DNA from: Octopus vulgaris
Taxonomy: Eukaryota
Assembly: GCA_951406725.2 (NCBI GenBank)
Contig: OX597820.1
Span: 3,968,001 to 4,032,000, forward strand
Length of the DNA stretch: 64,000 bases
Direction: 5' to 3'
Each line of letters begins with the position of its first letter. The stretch's first letter is position 1. Shown piece after piece: positions 38,569 through 50,753 of this stretch. The position numbers and the translations under genes are program-made. The notes under the pieces are model-generated. The model saw only the letters and a list, made by a program, of their open reading frames with translations. It was not told the origin of the DNA and did not search any database.

Positions 38569-38740
38569 GTATATATATACGACGGGCTTTTTTCAGTTTC
38601 CGTCTACCAAATCCACTGAAGGCTTTAGTCGACCCGCGGCAATAGTAGAAAATAATTGCCCAAGGTTCCATACAATGGGACTGAACTCGGAACCATGTGG
38701 TTGGGAAATTAGCTTTTTAACACACAGCCAAGCCTGCGCA
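38345..38740 (-). mobile_element. tRNA SINE (family A)
   Basis: Matches the 15690-16086 copy. Confidence 0.8.
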
Positions 38741-38771
38741 TATCATATCATATATATATATATATATATAA

Positions 38772-39166
38772 CTAGCAGTATCGCCCGGCGTTGCTCGGAT
38801 TTGTAAGGGAAATAACTATATAAGCATTTTTAGAGAGTTATAGCCAAAAAATAGCAAAAAAATGCAATAAAAATGGAAAAAAAATGATGGTAAATTTTTT
38901 TTAAATCGTTGACTCATCGTAGACATTTTTAGAGAGTTACTTCCCTTATATAATAGCGAAAAAATGCATTAAAATGGAAAAAAATGATGGTAAATTTTTT
39001 TTAAATCGTAGACTCATCGTAGACGCGCGCTAATACCCAGAAGGGCTCGATATGAATCACGACTATAAGATACCTGGTTTTGGTTAAACTGCACCGCAAA
39101 ATGTGGGAGTAGTTAGGAATCAAATCGTAGGAGACAGCCACACAACTTCACTTTTATATATAAAGA
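38772..39166 (-). mobile_element. Non-autonomous Helitron, inverted copy of 31927-32326
   Basis: Near-identical reverse complement with TC...CTAG ends. Confidence 0.8.
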
Positions 39167-39433
39167 TGTATGTGTGTGTAGTCAGCAGAGATTACATACG
39201 ACTAATAATCGGCTAAAATGGAGTGACTCAAAGGCCAAGAGTTTCGTGAATCGGCATTTATCAAACCGTTTGATAAGCGGCAATGCACGAAACGCTCGGC
39301 CTTTGAACCACTCTGTAACATTTGCCGTTTATTATCGATCAAAATATTCAGATTTTGACTTCTATTTTCCTGTTTGCATCACCATGGGTGAACAAAAACA
39401 GCTCTGCATATGAATGAACTCACACTGCCCATG

Positions 39434-39468
<35 letters not shown>

Positions 39469-39469
<1 letters not shown>

Positions 39470-39847
39470 TAGCACTATGACCCTGCGTTGCCAGGTCATA
39501 GTGCTAGTGCATGCATATACAGCTGCGTGTGTGCGCACAAACACGCGAGTATTGTCCAAATCTCCGACCAATCACATACAGCTAGCTGGCATTCAATTGG
39601 CGTATCAAGTTTCGGGCATTTTGATTGGGTTTTGGATAGAAAATTCACAAAAAAGTCACTTTTATTGATTTTTTAATGGCTTTGTGGGGTGACTGGGGAA
39701 ATGAAAAGATGTGCACGACCACCCTTGGACGGTTTTGAATGACCATAGAAAGCCCTCTAACTGCGAGCCCTCTAACTGAAAAATTGTGGATTTGTATAAA
39801 GGATACACACACACAGACAGACATTTTGCCGTTTATATATAGAGAGA
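39469..39847 (-). mobile_element. Second Helitron family
   Basis: 5' A|TCTCTCTATATATAAAC, 3' CTAG|T with 15-bp stem ACTAGCACTATGACC/GGTCATAGTGCTAGT. Confidence 0.72.
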
Positions 39848-40067
39848 TATAGATACATTAGCCTGTTACCCTTTCAGTATTCAAGACCCGTTTATTGTCA
39901 CAGGAACTCCCCATGTTTATATTGCTGCCAACCAGAAAGAATTCCAGACCAAACTAATTCAAGGTATGCATATGTATTATGTAACTTACATCCTTCACAG
40001 TGAACATAATATTCATGTCTTCCTGCATTCTCAGTGCTTCGAGTTTGAATAATTTCAGCTGTATCTG

Positions 40068-40377
40068 ATTGGCACGTGAAAAAACATTTGAGCGAGGTCG
40101 TTGCCAGTGCCGCTGGAATGGCTCCTGTGCAGGTGGCACATAAAAAGCACCATTTGAGCATGGCTGTTGCCAGTACTGCCTGTCGGCCTTTGTGCCGGTG
40201 GCACGTAAAAGCACCCACTACACCCTCGGAGTGGTTGGCGTTAGGAAGGGCATCTAGCTGTAGAAACTCTGCCAGATCAAGATTGGAGTCTGGTGCAGCC
40301 ATTTGGTTCGCCAGCCCTCAGTCAAATCATCCAACCCATACTAGCATGGAAAGTGAACGTTAAACGATGATGATGAT
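40068..40377 (+). mobile_element. RTE 3' tail element
   Basis: Core motif and GAT tail; a similar copy lies at 19815-20096. Confidence 0.78.
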
Positions 40378-42049
40378 TATATATATATATAAACATATAC
40401 TAGCAGAAATACCTGGCGTTGCCCGCGTTACATGCAATTGAAGAATTAGACATTTCTGTTATATTTTCTCTAATAAACTGGAATATCTATGATTCGAATT
40501 TCATCAAAATTGCAGATGAGGGTTCTCTCCCTCTTCACACATCCTAAAAAAAAATTCTAATTATGACACATGTATCCCATACTACTGATCCAGTCTTATG
40601 GAACCTGTTAAAAAGATTTTGCTCCTGAAAATTGTAGGTTATTGAGCTCTAAAATGTGGGAGTTAAGGCCCCTATTGGGGGTGGGTGTCTTAATGTCAAC
40701 CAGAGAAGTTGAATTGTTGAGAATCTTTTTAACTTGATTTGTATATCTATTGTTATGAATTTCTTCGAAATAGGAAATATATGTTCACTGGTTTTGTAAA
40801 AGAGAGCAAAGCTACAGGAAACCAAAAGACGAATGATCACAATAAGCAGTCAGTTACCCTACCCTAGTTGTTACCACTCCCAGTGTAGGATTCCTCACCA
40901 TACAGGTATCAATGCAGCAAGATTGGCGCTGAGGTACATGTTGCAAACCATTTTCAAAATACAGCATTCCCTCAACTATCACAGGTGTTACGTTCCAAAA
41001 CCCGCAGCAATAGGTGAAAATCCTTGAAGTAGAAACAGTACTGTATATTTTTTTAATCATTTTTATAATTTGTATATATTTATTTTATTTATAAATGCAA
41101 AACCACACCACGGAGGAATCGACGTAAGCTCAAATAAGAAACTGTGATAGGTGAACCACGATATGGCGAGGGATTTCTGTAAAAAGAAAATATCCAAATC
41201 TTATATGTCAGCTGGATAATGAAAATGTAAGAAATAAACAAAACAAACATTTAAAAATAAAACTAAAAGTCCACATTTAAAAAATATTAAATTTATTAAA
41301 ATTTTTTTCCTTCCCACAAGTGTTCAGACTATCAGGTGTGTGTGTGTGTGGGGGGGGGGGGGAACTCTCTTCAATGGATTTCTCTAGAAATTCCCTAAGC
41401 TGTAACAATTCCCCAATCTAGATTTGTTTTGTGAACTCATTTGGTAGCAATCATATATTTTACTGTTGTCTTAGGCATGTTCTTCAAACCCAAATGCTTG
41501 GATGAAATAAGAAAAGCTGGGATAGAAGAAGGGTGACACAGCTGCCCATTGGAAGAACAGATCCTAGAACATAAGTGGTGAATGGATAGGCCAAACTTTA
41601 AGGAAATCAGCATCCTACATTACATGTTAGGCCCTGACTGGATCCCACAAGGAAGGTTGGCAAGAGCTAAAAATAGTTGAAAGCAGAACTGAAAAAGCAG
41701 GGATCCAACTGAAGAGAAGCAGGAAAGACATCCCAGAGTGAAGGACAACGGAGAAAAGTCGTCAATGACCTAAGCTCCATTGTGACTGATCCTGTTTGTA
41801 GGGTACAAACTTCTTGATTAAAGTTTAGTTATTTTACTAAATTGTTTGTTATTTTCAAAATTAATTGAAACTAAACCAGTGCCTCTCAACAGAACCATGG
41901 CAACAAAAGTGTTAAAAGCATTTGCTTGCATAACTTTTTACATATGAAAACTTAGGATCTGTTCCAAATAAGGAGACATTTATGCAAGATTGGACATGAT
42001 CGACCAGGATAACTTTCTATTTATTTCATTCTTTCTCAAATCAAAATAT

Positions 42050-42480
42050 GATATTACTACTTTTAGGATTAACAACAAGGTCGATAATCTCTGAAGCAAA
42101 GTTATTTAGGTTTAATTCAGGATTGTTGTTCACTGCAATTTAATCAATGATGTCTTTATCTTTGAACATCATAATGGATTTCCTACGGACATTGTTTGTT
42201 CTGTATTCTATTTCTTTTGTAATCTACCTTACATCAAAGCTCTCAAAATCTTTTTCATCTTCTCCACTAGGAATTAAATCGTTAAACAAAACAATAGCTC
42301 AGAATGCTTCAATACTCTTCAAATCACCTGCAGGTTTGACATAAGATTGCGTGACAGCAACCCCAAAATGCACATCCTTGATTATAGATTGGGTCATAAA
42401 GTGGGGGACACAAATTTGAATGTTGCTTATAGTTTCTCATCAGAGAGAAATGGTATTGGCTGGCAGATATAATTAAATAT
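42050..42480 (-). mobile_element. pogo/Tigger (jerky-like) transposase C-terminal relic
   Basis: YLPANTISL (cf. LPxNTTSLxQPxD) then IKDVHFGVA...EDEKDFESFD...EIIDLV with in-frame stops. Confidence 0.55.
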
Positions 42481-42689
42481 ATTTCCACAGTCTAAAACTC
42501 ACTAACCTTTGGCCTTCAGGCTAAACTTGAGTAGACTTTTGTCTCTGATATAAAAAAAAGCAAACACAGACTCCTGAAGACTCTCAGATCAAACATCTTG
42601 AAGATAAAAACCAAACCAAAATGTGTGTCTATCCATTTTTCTATCTACTACCTATATGTGTGTATGTGTATGTGTGTGTGTGTGTGTGT

Positions 42690-43376
42690 ACATGCATGTG
42701 TATATATATATGTACATGTATATATATATATACATGCATATATATGTATATATATACATGCATATGTATATATATACATGCATATGTATATATATATATG
42801 CATATGTATATATATATATATATACATGCATATGTATATATATATATATATATATATACATGCATATGTATATATATATATATATACATGCATATGTATA
42901 TATATATATACATGCATATGTATATATATATATATACATGCATATGTATATATATATATATACATGCATATGTATATATATATACATGCATATGTATATA
43001 TATATATATATACATGCATATGTATATATATATACATGCATATGTATATATATATATATATGTATATATATACATGCATATATATGTATATATATACATG
43101 TATATGTATATATATACATGCATATGTATATGTATATATATACATGCATATGTATATGTATATATATACATGTATATGTATATATATACATGCATATGTA
43201 TATGTATATATATACATGTATATATATATATATATACATGCATATATATGTATATATATATATACATGCATATATATGTATATATATATATACATGCATA
43301 TATATGTATACATATATACATGCATATATATGTATACATATATACATGCATATATATGTATACATATATACATGCA

Positions 43377-43413
<37 letters not shown>

Positions 43414-43437
43414 GCATATATATATATATATATATAT
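42690..43437. repeat. Compound (TA)n-CATGCATATG minisatellite
   Basis: About 750 bp of alternating purine-pyrimidine repeat; the long six-frame ORFs here are low-complexity artefacts. Confidence 0.95.
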
Positions 43438-45715
43438 AAAGGTAAAGGTGATGCCCTAGATACAAATAACTACAGAGGTATCAAGCTGTTGGATCAGGTG
43501 ATGAAGGTTACGGAGAGGGTCATAGCCCAACTAATTAGAGAGAGAGTTAGTTTAGATGAGATGCAGTTTGGGTAGCCCAACTAATTAGAGAGAGAGTTAG
43601 TTTAGATGAGATGCAGTTTGGGTTTGTGCCAGGGAAAAGTACTACTGATGCTATATTCCTGGTAAGGCAGCTGCAGGAGAAATACCTAGCCAAAGATAAG
43701 CCCCTGTACCTGGCTTTTGTTGACATGGAGAAAGCCTTCGACAGGGTCCCCCGATCCCTTATCTGGTGGGCAATGAGGAAACTAGGGATAGATGAATGGT
43801 TAGTGAGAGCTGTGCGGGCCATGTATAGGGACGCTGCTAGTAGGGTGAGGGTTGGAAATGAGTACAGTGAAGAATTCCGGGTAGAGGTAGGGGTCCACCA
43901 AGGCTCAGTACTCAGCCCCCTCCTATTTATCATAGTCCTTCAGGCAATAACAGAGGAATTCAAGACAGGATGCCCTTGGGAGCTCCTCTATGCTGATGAC
44001 CTTGCTCTAATTGCTGAGTCGCTATCAGAACTGGAGGAGAAGTTTCAGGTGTGGAAACAAGGATTAGAATCGAAGGGCCTCAGAGTCAATCTAGCTAAAA
44101 CCAAAGTCGTAATCAGTAGGAAGGTAGACAAATCACAAACACCTTCAGGTAGATGGCCCTGCTCGATCTGTAGAAAAGGTGTAGGTAGAAACTCTATAAG
44201 ATGCACCAAGTGTAAGCTATGGACACATAAGAGGTGCAGCAATGTCAAAGGAAGGCTAACTAGGAAGATGGTTTTTGTATGTGGCAGATGCTCAGGAACA
44301 ATAAACACTGAAAATGCTCTGAGACCAACTTCCGTCACTTTCCAGGGAGAAGAACTAGAAATAGTTGATAGTTTCCGTTACCTAGGTGACCAAGTCAGCA
44401 GCGGGGGCGGGTGTGCTGAAAGTGTAACTGCTAGAGTAAGAATAGCTTGGGCAAAGTTCAGAGAGCTCTTACCTCTGCTGGTGACAAAAGGCCTCTCGCA
44501 CAGAGTGAAAGGCAGACAGTATGATGCGTGTGTACGAACAGCCATGCTACATGGCAGTGAAACATGGGCCGTGACTGCTGAGGACATGCGTAAGCTCGCT
44601 AGAAATGAAGCCAGTATGCTCCGATGGATGTGTAATGCCGGTACTCACACTCGGCAGAGTGTAAGTACCTTGAGAGAAAAGCTGGACCTAAGAAGCATCA
44701 GTTGTGGTGTGCAAGAGAGACGTTTGCGCTGGTATGGTCATGTGGCGAGAATGGATGAAGATAGTTGTGTGAAAAAGTGCCACACCCTAGCGGTTGAGGG
44801 AACCTGTGGAAGAGGCAGACCCAGGAAAACCTGGGACGAGGTGGTGAAGCACGACCTTCGAACTTTAGGTCTCACTGAGGAAATGACTAGAGACCGAGAC
44901 CTCTGGAAGTGTGCTGTGCGCGAGAAGACCCGGCAGGACAAGTGAGTCCATAACCCGTGGCCTTCTACATGGGATGGAGCCAGCCTACGTATGCATACCT
45001 TCCCTTCTTGGGACACAAAACTCTACTTGTGAAGACGTGTTGAGGCAAGTGAGGATCAGAATCGAAATCGATCAATGGAATTTGCGGATGTGTTACCAGT
45101 GCCGGTGGCATGTCGAAACTCTACTTGTGAAGACCCGTTGAGGCAAGTGAGGATCAGAATGGAAATCGATCAATGGAAATTGCAGATGTGTTACCAGTGC
45201 CGGTGGCATGTCAAAACTCTACTTGTGAAGACCTGTTGAGGCAAGTGAGGATCAGAATGGAAATCGATCAATGGAAATTGCAGATGTGTTACCAGTGCCG
45301 GTGGCATGTCAAAACTCTACTTGTGAAGACCCGTTGAGGCAAGTGAGGATCAGAATCGAAATCGATCAATGGAAATCGATCAATGGAAATTGCAGATGTG
45401 TTACCAGTGCCGGTGGCATGTAAGAGAACTTTCCGTTTCGCGACCGTTGCGTGTCCGTTGCCAGCCTCGCCTGGCCCTCATGCCGGTGGCACATAAAAAG
45501 CACCATCCGTTTGTGGCCGTTTGCCAGCTCTGTCTGGCACCAGTGCGGGTGGCACGTAAAAAGCACCCACTACACTCACGGAGTGGTTGGCGTTAGGAAG
45601 GGCATCCAGCCGTAGAAACACTGCCAGATTTGACTGGGCCTGATGAAGCCTTCTGGCTTCACAGACCCCAGTAGAACCGTCCAACCCATGCTAGCATGGA
45701 AAACGGACGCTAAAC

Positions 45716-45752
<37 letters not shown>
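43438..45752 (+). mobile_element. Young 5'-truncated RTE-clade LINE: RT/C-terminal ORF 43611..44945, 3' UTR, (GAT)n tail, TSD in TA satellite
   Basis: Uninterrupted 444-aa ORF (QGSVLSPLLF, YADD, PHD-like CxxC...CxxC...HxxC...CxxC, RLRWYGHV, RGRPRKTW); TATATACATGC(ATAT)n on both sides. Confidence 0.95.
45017..45421 (+). repeat. 4 x 98-bp tandem repeat in the RTE 3' UTR
   Basis: CTCTACTTGTGAAGAC recurs at 45021, 45119, 45217 and 45315. Confidence 0.92.
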
Positions 45753-45754
<2 letters not shown>

Positions 45755-45761
45755 ATATACA

Positions 45762-45800
<39 letters not shown>

Positions 45801-46611
45801 ATCAAGGAACAGCCATAATAGGCCGCTGGTGGCAAAAAAATTCTACAAAATTTTTTTGCCACCCTATATTGATTATATATATATATATATATATATATAG
45901 ATGTACATATATATATGTACACATATATACATGCATACATATATACACCCATACATATATACACACACATACATACATAGGTGCAGGTGTGGCTGTGTGG
46001 TAATAAATTTCGTTCCAAAACACATGGTCCTGAGTTCAGTCCCACTGTGTGGTTACTTGGCATATATCTTCTGCTATAGCCTCAGACCAACCAAAGCCTT
46101 GTCAGTGGATTTTGTAGACAGAAACTGAATGAAATCAATTGTATGTATATATGTGTATGTGTGTGTATATGTAAATCTCTGTGTATCTCCCTCATCACTG
46201 CTTCACGTATGTATGTATATTCATGTATGTATATTTCATATATCAAGCCCAAGCTTGTTTATTTGCATCAACATCTCCTCCCATGCCTGCTCACCGGGAT
46301 TTCTCCTATGGCCACCCTTTCCCCTATGGATTCAGTCCTCCATAAAGACTTCACCTGTAGAAGTTCAAATCATTTGAAAATTTCTATTTCCTATATTGAG
46401 CATCTCTGGATCTCACCTCCTGACTCTGTCTGTCTGCTTGGGAATTAAACATTTTAAAAAGTCCAAGAATGTGCCATTTCATGACTCTCTGGCGAACTTT
46501 GGTCAGAGAAGGATTTTATTTCCCTAGTTTGTAGCTTATGAAGGCGAATCCGGAGGTGACTGGAGCGGGGACCAAAGCGAAAAGTGGTTACAGTAGGAGA
46601 AAGAATACAGA

Positions 46612-48440
46612 ATCATCATTTAACATCCGTTTTCCATGCTGGCATGGGTTGGATGGTTCGGCCGGGGTCTGGGAAGCCAGGAAGCTGCACCAGGCTCCAG
46701 TCTGATCTGGCAGTGTTTCTACAGCTGGATGCCCTTCCTAATCACTCTGTGAGTGTAGTGGGTGCTTTTTATGTGCCACTGGCACAGGGGTCAAGGGAGG
46801 CTGGCAAACAGCCACGAACGGTTGGTGCTTTTACGTGTCACCAACATGGATGCCAGTGAGGTGGCGCTGGCAACTGCCATGTTCAAACAGTGCTTTTTAT
46901 GTGTCACCGGCATGGGTGTCTTAACTACAATATCAATTCGATTTTTATTTTGATGTGATGTACTTGACACAATAGGTCTCCTCAAGTGCAGCAGGCCATC
47001 CTGCAAGCCATGATCTCATTTCATTTGTCGGGTTTTCGAAGTCACAGCATATCTCCAGAGGTCTCGGTCTTTTGTCATAGCCTCTGTGAGGCTCAACGTA
47101 CAAAGGTCATGCTTGACCACCTTGTCCCATGTCTTCCTGGGTCTACCTCTACCCCAGATTCTTTCAACTGTTTGGGAGTGGCACTTCTTCACACATATCT
47201 CCTCATCCATCCGTAGTACATGACCATACCAATGCAAACGTCTCTCCTGCACACTGCATCCGATGCTTCTTATGTCCAACATTTCTCTCAGGGTGCTTAC
47301 ACTCTGTCATGCATGGACACTGACATTATACATCCAGTGGATCATGCTAGCCTCATTTCTTTCGAGCCTACACATGTCCTCCGCAGTCACAAACCATGTT
47401 TCACTGCCATGAAGCATGGCAGTTCGTACACATGCGTCGTACAATCTACCTTTCACTCTGAGCGAGAGACCCTTTGTCACCAGTGGGAGAAGAAGCTTTC
47501 TAAACTTTGCCCAGGCTATTCTTATTCTAGTGGTAACACTCTCTGAGCATCCACCCCTGCTACTAACTTGGTCACCCAGGTAGCAGAAACTATCAACTAC
47601 TTCAAGTTTCTCCCCAAGGAGTGTAATGGAATCTGTTCTCTGAGTATTAATGGTGTGTATTGCACCTGTGCATCTGCCGCACACAAAAGCTATCTTCTCG
47701 GTTAATTTTCCTTTGATGTTGCTGCACCTCTTATGTGTCCATAGCTTACACTGGGTACATCTTATGGAGTTTCTACCTACACCTTTTCTACAGATCGAGC
47801 AGGGCCACCTACCTGTGTGCTGAGTTAGCCTTCCTACTTACTTGGACTTTGGTCTTTGCTACATTGACTCTAAGGCCTTTTGATTCTAAACCTAGCTTCC
47901 ACACATGAAATTCCTTCTCTAGTTCCGGTAATGATTCTGCTATGAGGGCTAAGTCATCAGCATAGAGGAGATCCCAGGGGCAACCTGTCCTGAATTTCTC
48001 TAATTTTGCCTGGAGGGCTATGATGAATAAAAGGGGACCGAGGGCCGAACTTTGCTGGACCCCTACTTATACCCGGAATTCTTCACTATACCTGTTCCCA
48101 ATCCTAACTTTGCTAACAGCTTCTCTGTATAGGGCCTGTACAGCCCTAATTAACCATTCATCAATCTCCAGTTTCCGCATCGTCCACCAGATAAGGGATC
48201 GGGGGACCCTGTCAAAGGCTTTGTCCAAGTCCACGAAAGCTATGTAGAGGGGTTTATCTTTAGCTAGGTATTTCTCCTGCTGTTGTTGAACCAGGAATAT
48301 GGCATCAGTGATGCTTCTACCTGGCACAAAACCGAACTGCATCTCATCTAAGCAGACTCTCTCCCTGATGAGATGGGCTATGACCTTCTCTGTGACCTTC
48401 ATTACCTGATCCAGCAGTTTGATACCCCTGTAGTTATTTC
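46612..48440 (-). mobile_element. Older degenerate RTE LINE copy with 3' UTR
   Basis: Fragmented ORFs 48067..48402, 47307..47684 and 47016..47282 match the 43611 ORF. Confidence 0.92.
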
Positions 48441-48574
48441 AGAATATCGGATAAAATTAATATCGTGCTCTACTTCATAAAAGATAAGCTTATCTTATTT
48501 TATTTTCATCTATAAATAGTTGGGTGACAGAGCTCTGGCCAAAAAACTCGTTAAAAGATAATACGAATCTACAG

Positions 48575-48968
48575 CAGGGAGATATATCATAATAATTCAG
48601 TGCGACACCAGTGCAGAATCACCTCCCTCTGACAAGTCATCCTAGCGAGACATCTGCGTTGGCTGGGTCATGCCTTCCATCGTCAACCAGGAGAATTCAT
48701 TTACGAAGCATTTGCCCCAGCTCCCCTTCAAGGTTGGTGAAAGCGATGTGGTGGACAACGAAAAACCTGGCTGATGACAGTCCAGGCTGATCTGGAACCC
48801 AACCTAGGCCCCGATATCTACGGCGTTCACCGCTGGAATAAGGAGTGGTTGGGGATCACGCGGTCGTTAGGCTCAAATTGCCAGGCCTGGTCGGCGTTTG
48901 TGAGAGATGCAGCATTGAGGATGAATGAAGCCAGCTCAACCCACCCCGGGTGGATGAAGTCAAGTCAA
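48575..48968 (+). mobile_element. 3' end of a different RTE-like LINE with an (AAGTC)n tail
   Basis: HLRWLGHAF...GGQRKTWLMTVQADLE; ends AAGTCAAGTCAA. Confidence 0.7.
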
Positions 48969-49469
48969 AATCATATCATAATAAACCCACATACGTCCAG
49001 TTGTGCACAAACGTAAAAGGACATCTAATAATAGACCTACTGCCACCCACGTCTAATACCTTTACACCCAATCCACCACGTGCAACACTATTCTATAAGC
49101 ACAAGGGAATTATAATTCAGAGCCATTAAACAACAGATAAAGAAGAAGAAAAATCTAAAACAAAGAAAATAAATCAATTGTGAAATGGCCTAGAATAAAT
49201 ATACTAATCCATATTCGTAGGTGGTGGTCGATAAGTACAGTTGTGGCTGTGTAATAAGAAGTTTACTTCCCAACTATGTGGTCTTGGGCAAGTGTTTTCT
49301 ATAGACCTAAGTCAACCAAAGCTTTGTTGGATGTCTTTGAAGGATTGGCAGAAGGAAAGTGGTTTTAATTTATTCGTGTCAATTGTAGAAAATGTAATTT
49401 TGTCTAATTTTCTTTCAACTAAAGTATTTGGTCATTATGCCCAATGTTTTTTTAAAAAGTAGCCATTAG

Positions 49470-49840
49470 GTGCAGGTGTGGCCATGTAGTAAGAAATTTT
49501 CTTCCCAACCACATGGCTCTGGGTTCAGTTCCATTGTGTGGCATCTTCACCACGTGTCTTCTACTATAACCTTGGGCCGACCAAAGCCTTGAGTGGATTG
49601 CGTAGACAGAAACTGAAGGAAACCAGTTGTGTGTGTGTTTGTCCCCAACCTCTGCTTGACATCCAGTGTTGGTGTGCTTACGTCCCCGTAACTTAGCAAT
49701 TTGGCAAAAGAGACTGATAGAATAAGTATGAGGCAAAAACAAAAAAACACACACTGAGATCAATTCATTTGATTAAAAATTCTTCAAGACAATGCTCCAG
49801 CATGGCCCCAGTCTAATGACTGAAACAAGTAAAAGATAAG
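49470..49840 (+). mobile_element. tRNA SINE (family A)
   Basis: A/B boxes and family 3' end; further copies at about 51555-51930 (-) and 53230-53440 (-). Confidence 0.75.
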
Positions 49841-50753
49841 AGAAGAGATTGTTTATGATAAAGATTATAACATGAAGTCGGTTCCATGTTTCTCCAAGAG
49901 TCAATTCCTTTGCTGACCTTCCTGTTCATGTTATCAGGGTTCGGATGATGAAAGAGAAAGAAATATCCTTCCCCATCTCTTTGCATCTGTAATTGTGTCT
50001 TTATGAAGGTTATTAATGCACAGATAATGTACAAATAGGTCTGTGGTCTTGTTGAAGGGCTTTGTCTTATATAACTGTGATCTGACGGACCTCCTTGGTT
50101 TCTCAACAACCTTGATGTTGAGCTTGCTGCCCCTCAGAGCCTTCCTGAACCTGCAGGTTAACTTCCCACGCGGTGTAACCTCTACAAGCATCAACCAGTC
50201 AGGGGACACTGGCAACGACCATGTTCGAATGGCGCATTTTACATGTCACCAGCCTGGGTACCAGACAGGTGGCACTGGCAACGACCATGCTTGAATGGTG
50301 CTTTTTACGTGCTGCCGGCACAAGAGCCACTCAGGCAGCACCGGCATTGACCGTGTTTGTATGATGCATTTTATGTGCCATTGGCACAGGAGCCAGTCCA
50401 GAGAGACTGGCATTGGCCATGCTCGAATGGTGCTATTTATGTGCCGCCGGCACAGGTGCCAGTCATGCAGTACTGGCATCGGCCACAACAATGGTTTCAC
50501 TTGATTCGACAGGTCTTCTCAAGCATAGTTTATTCAGAAATATTTATTACGAATGAAGAATTCAGGTGGAAATTAGGTCTAACATATCAGGAAAATTCAC
50601 ACAAATTGGACTAAGTGGGTATTACTTAATGATGAGCAGAAAATGTCCGAGAGGGTGGCGTTTCTGCTGATTCTAATGAACGTTTGTTGTATATCTGTTT
50701 TGTACTGTATTGTTTTTGTAGATTTCAAAATACAAAGAAGAGATATTGTCAAA

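Noticed and set aside
42598-43575. Six long ORFs (241-325 aa) rich in Y/I/M/H/C
   Set aside because: Translations of a stop-free TA/CATG satellite; no coding evidence.
45017-45421. Regularly spaced repeats resembling a CRISPR array
   Set aside because: Whole 98-bp units repeat with no unique spacers; eukaryotic LINE 3' UTR with no cas genes.
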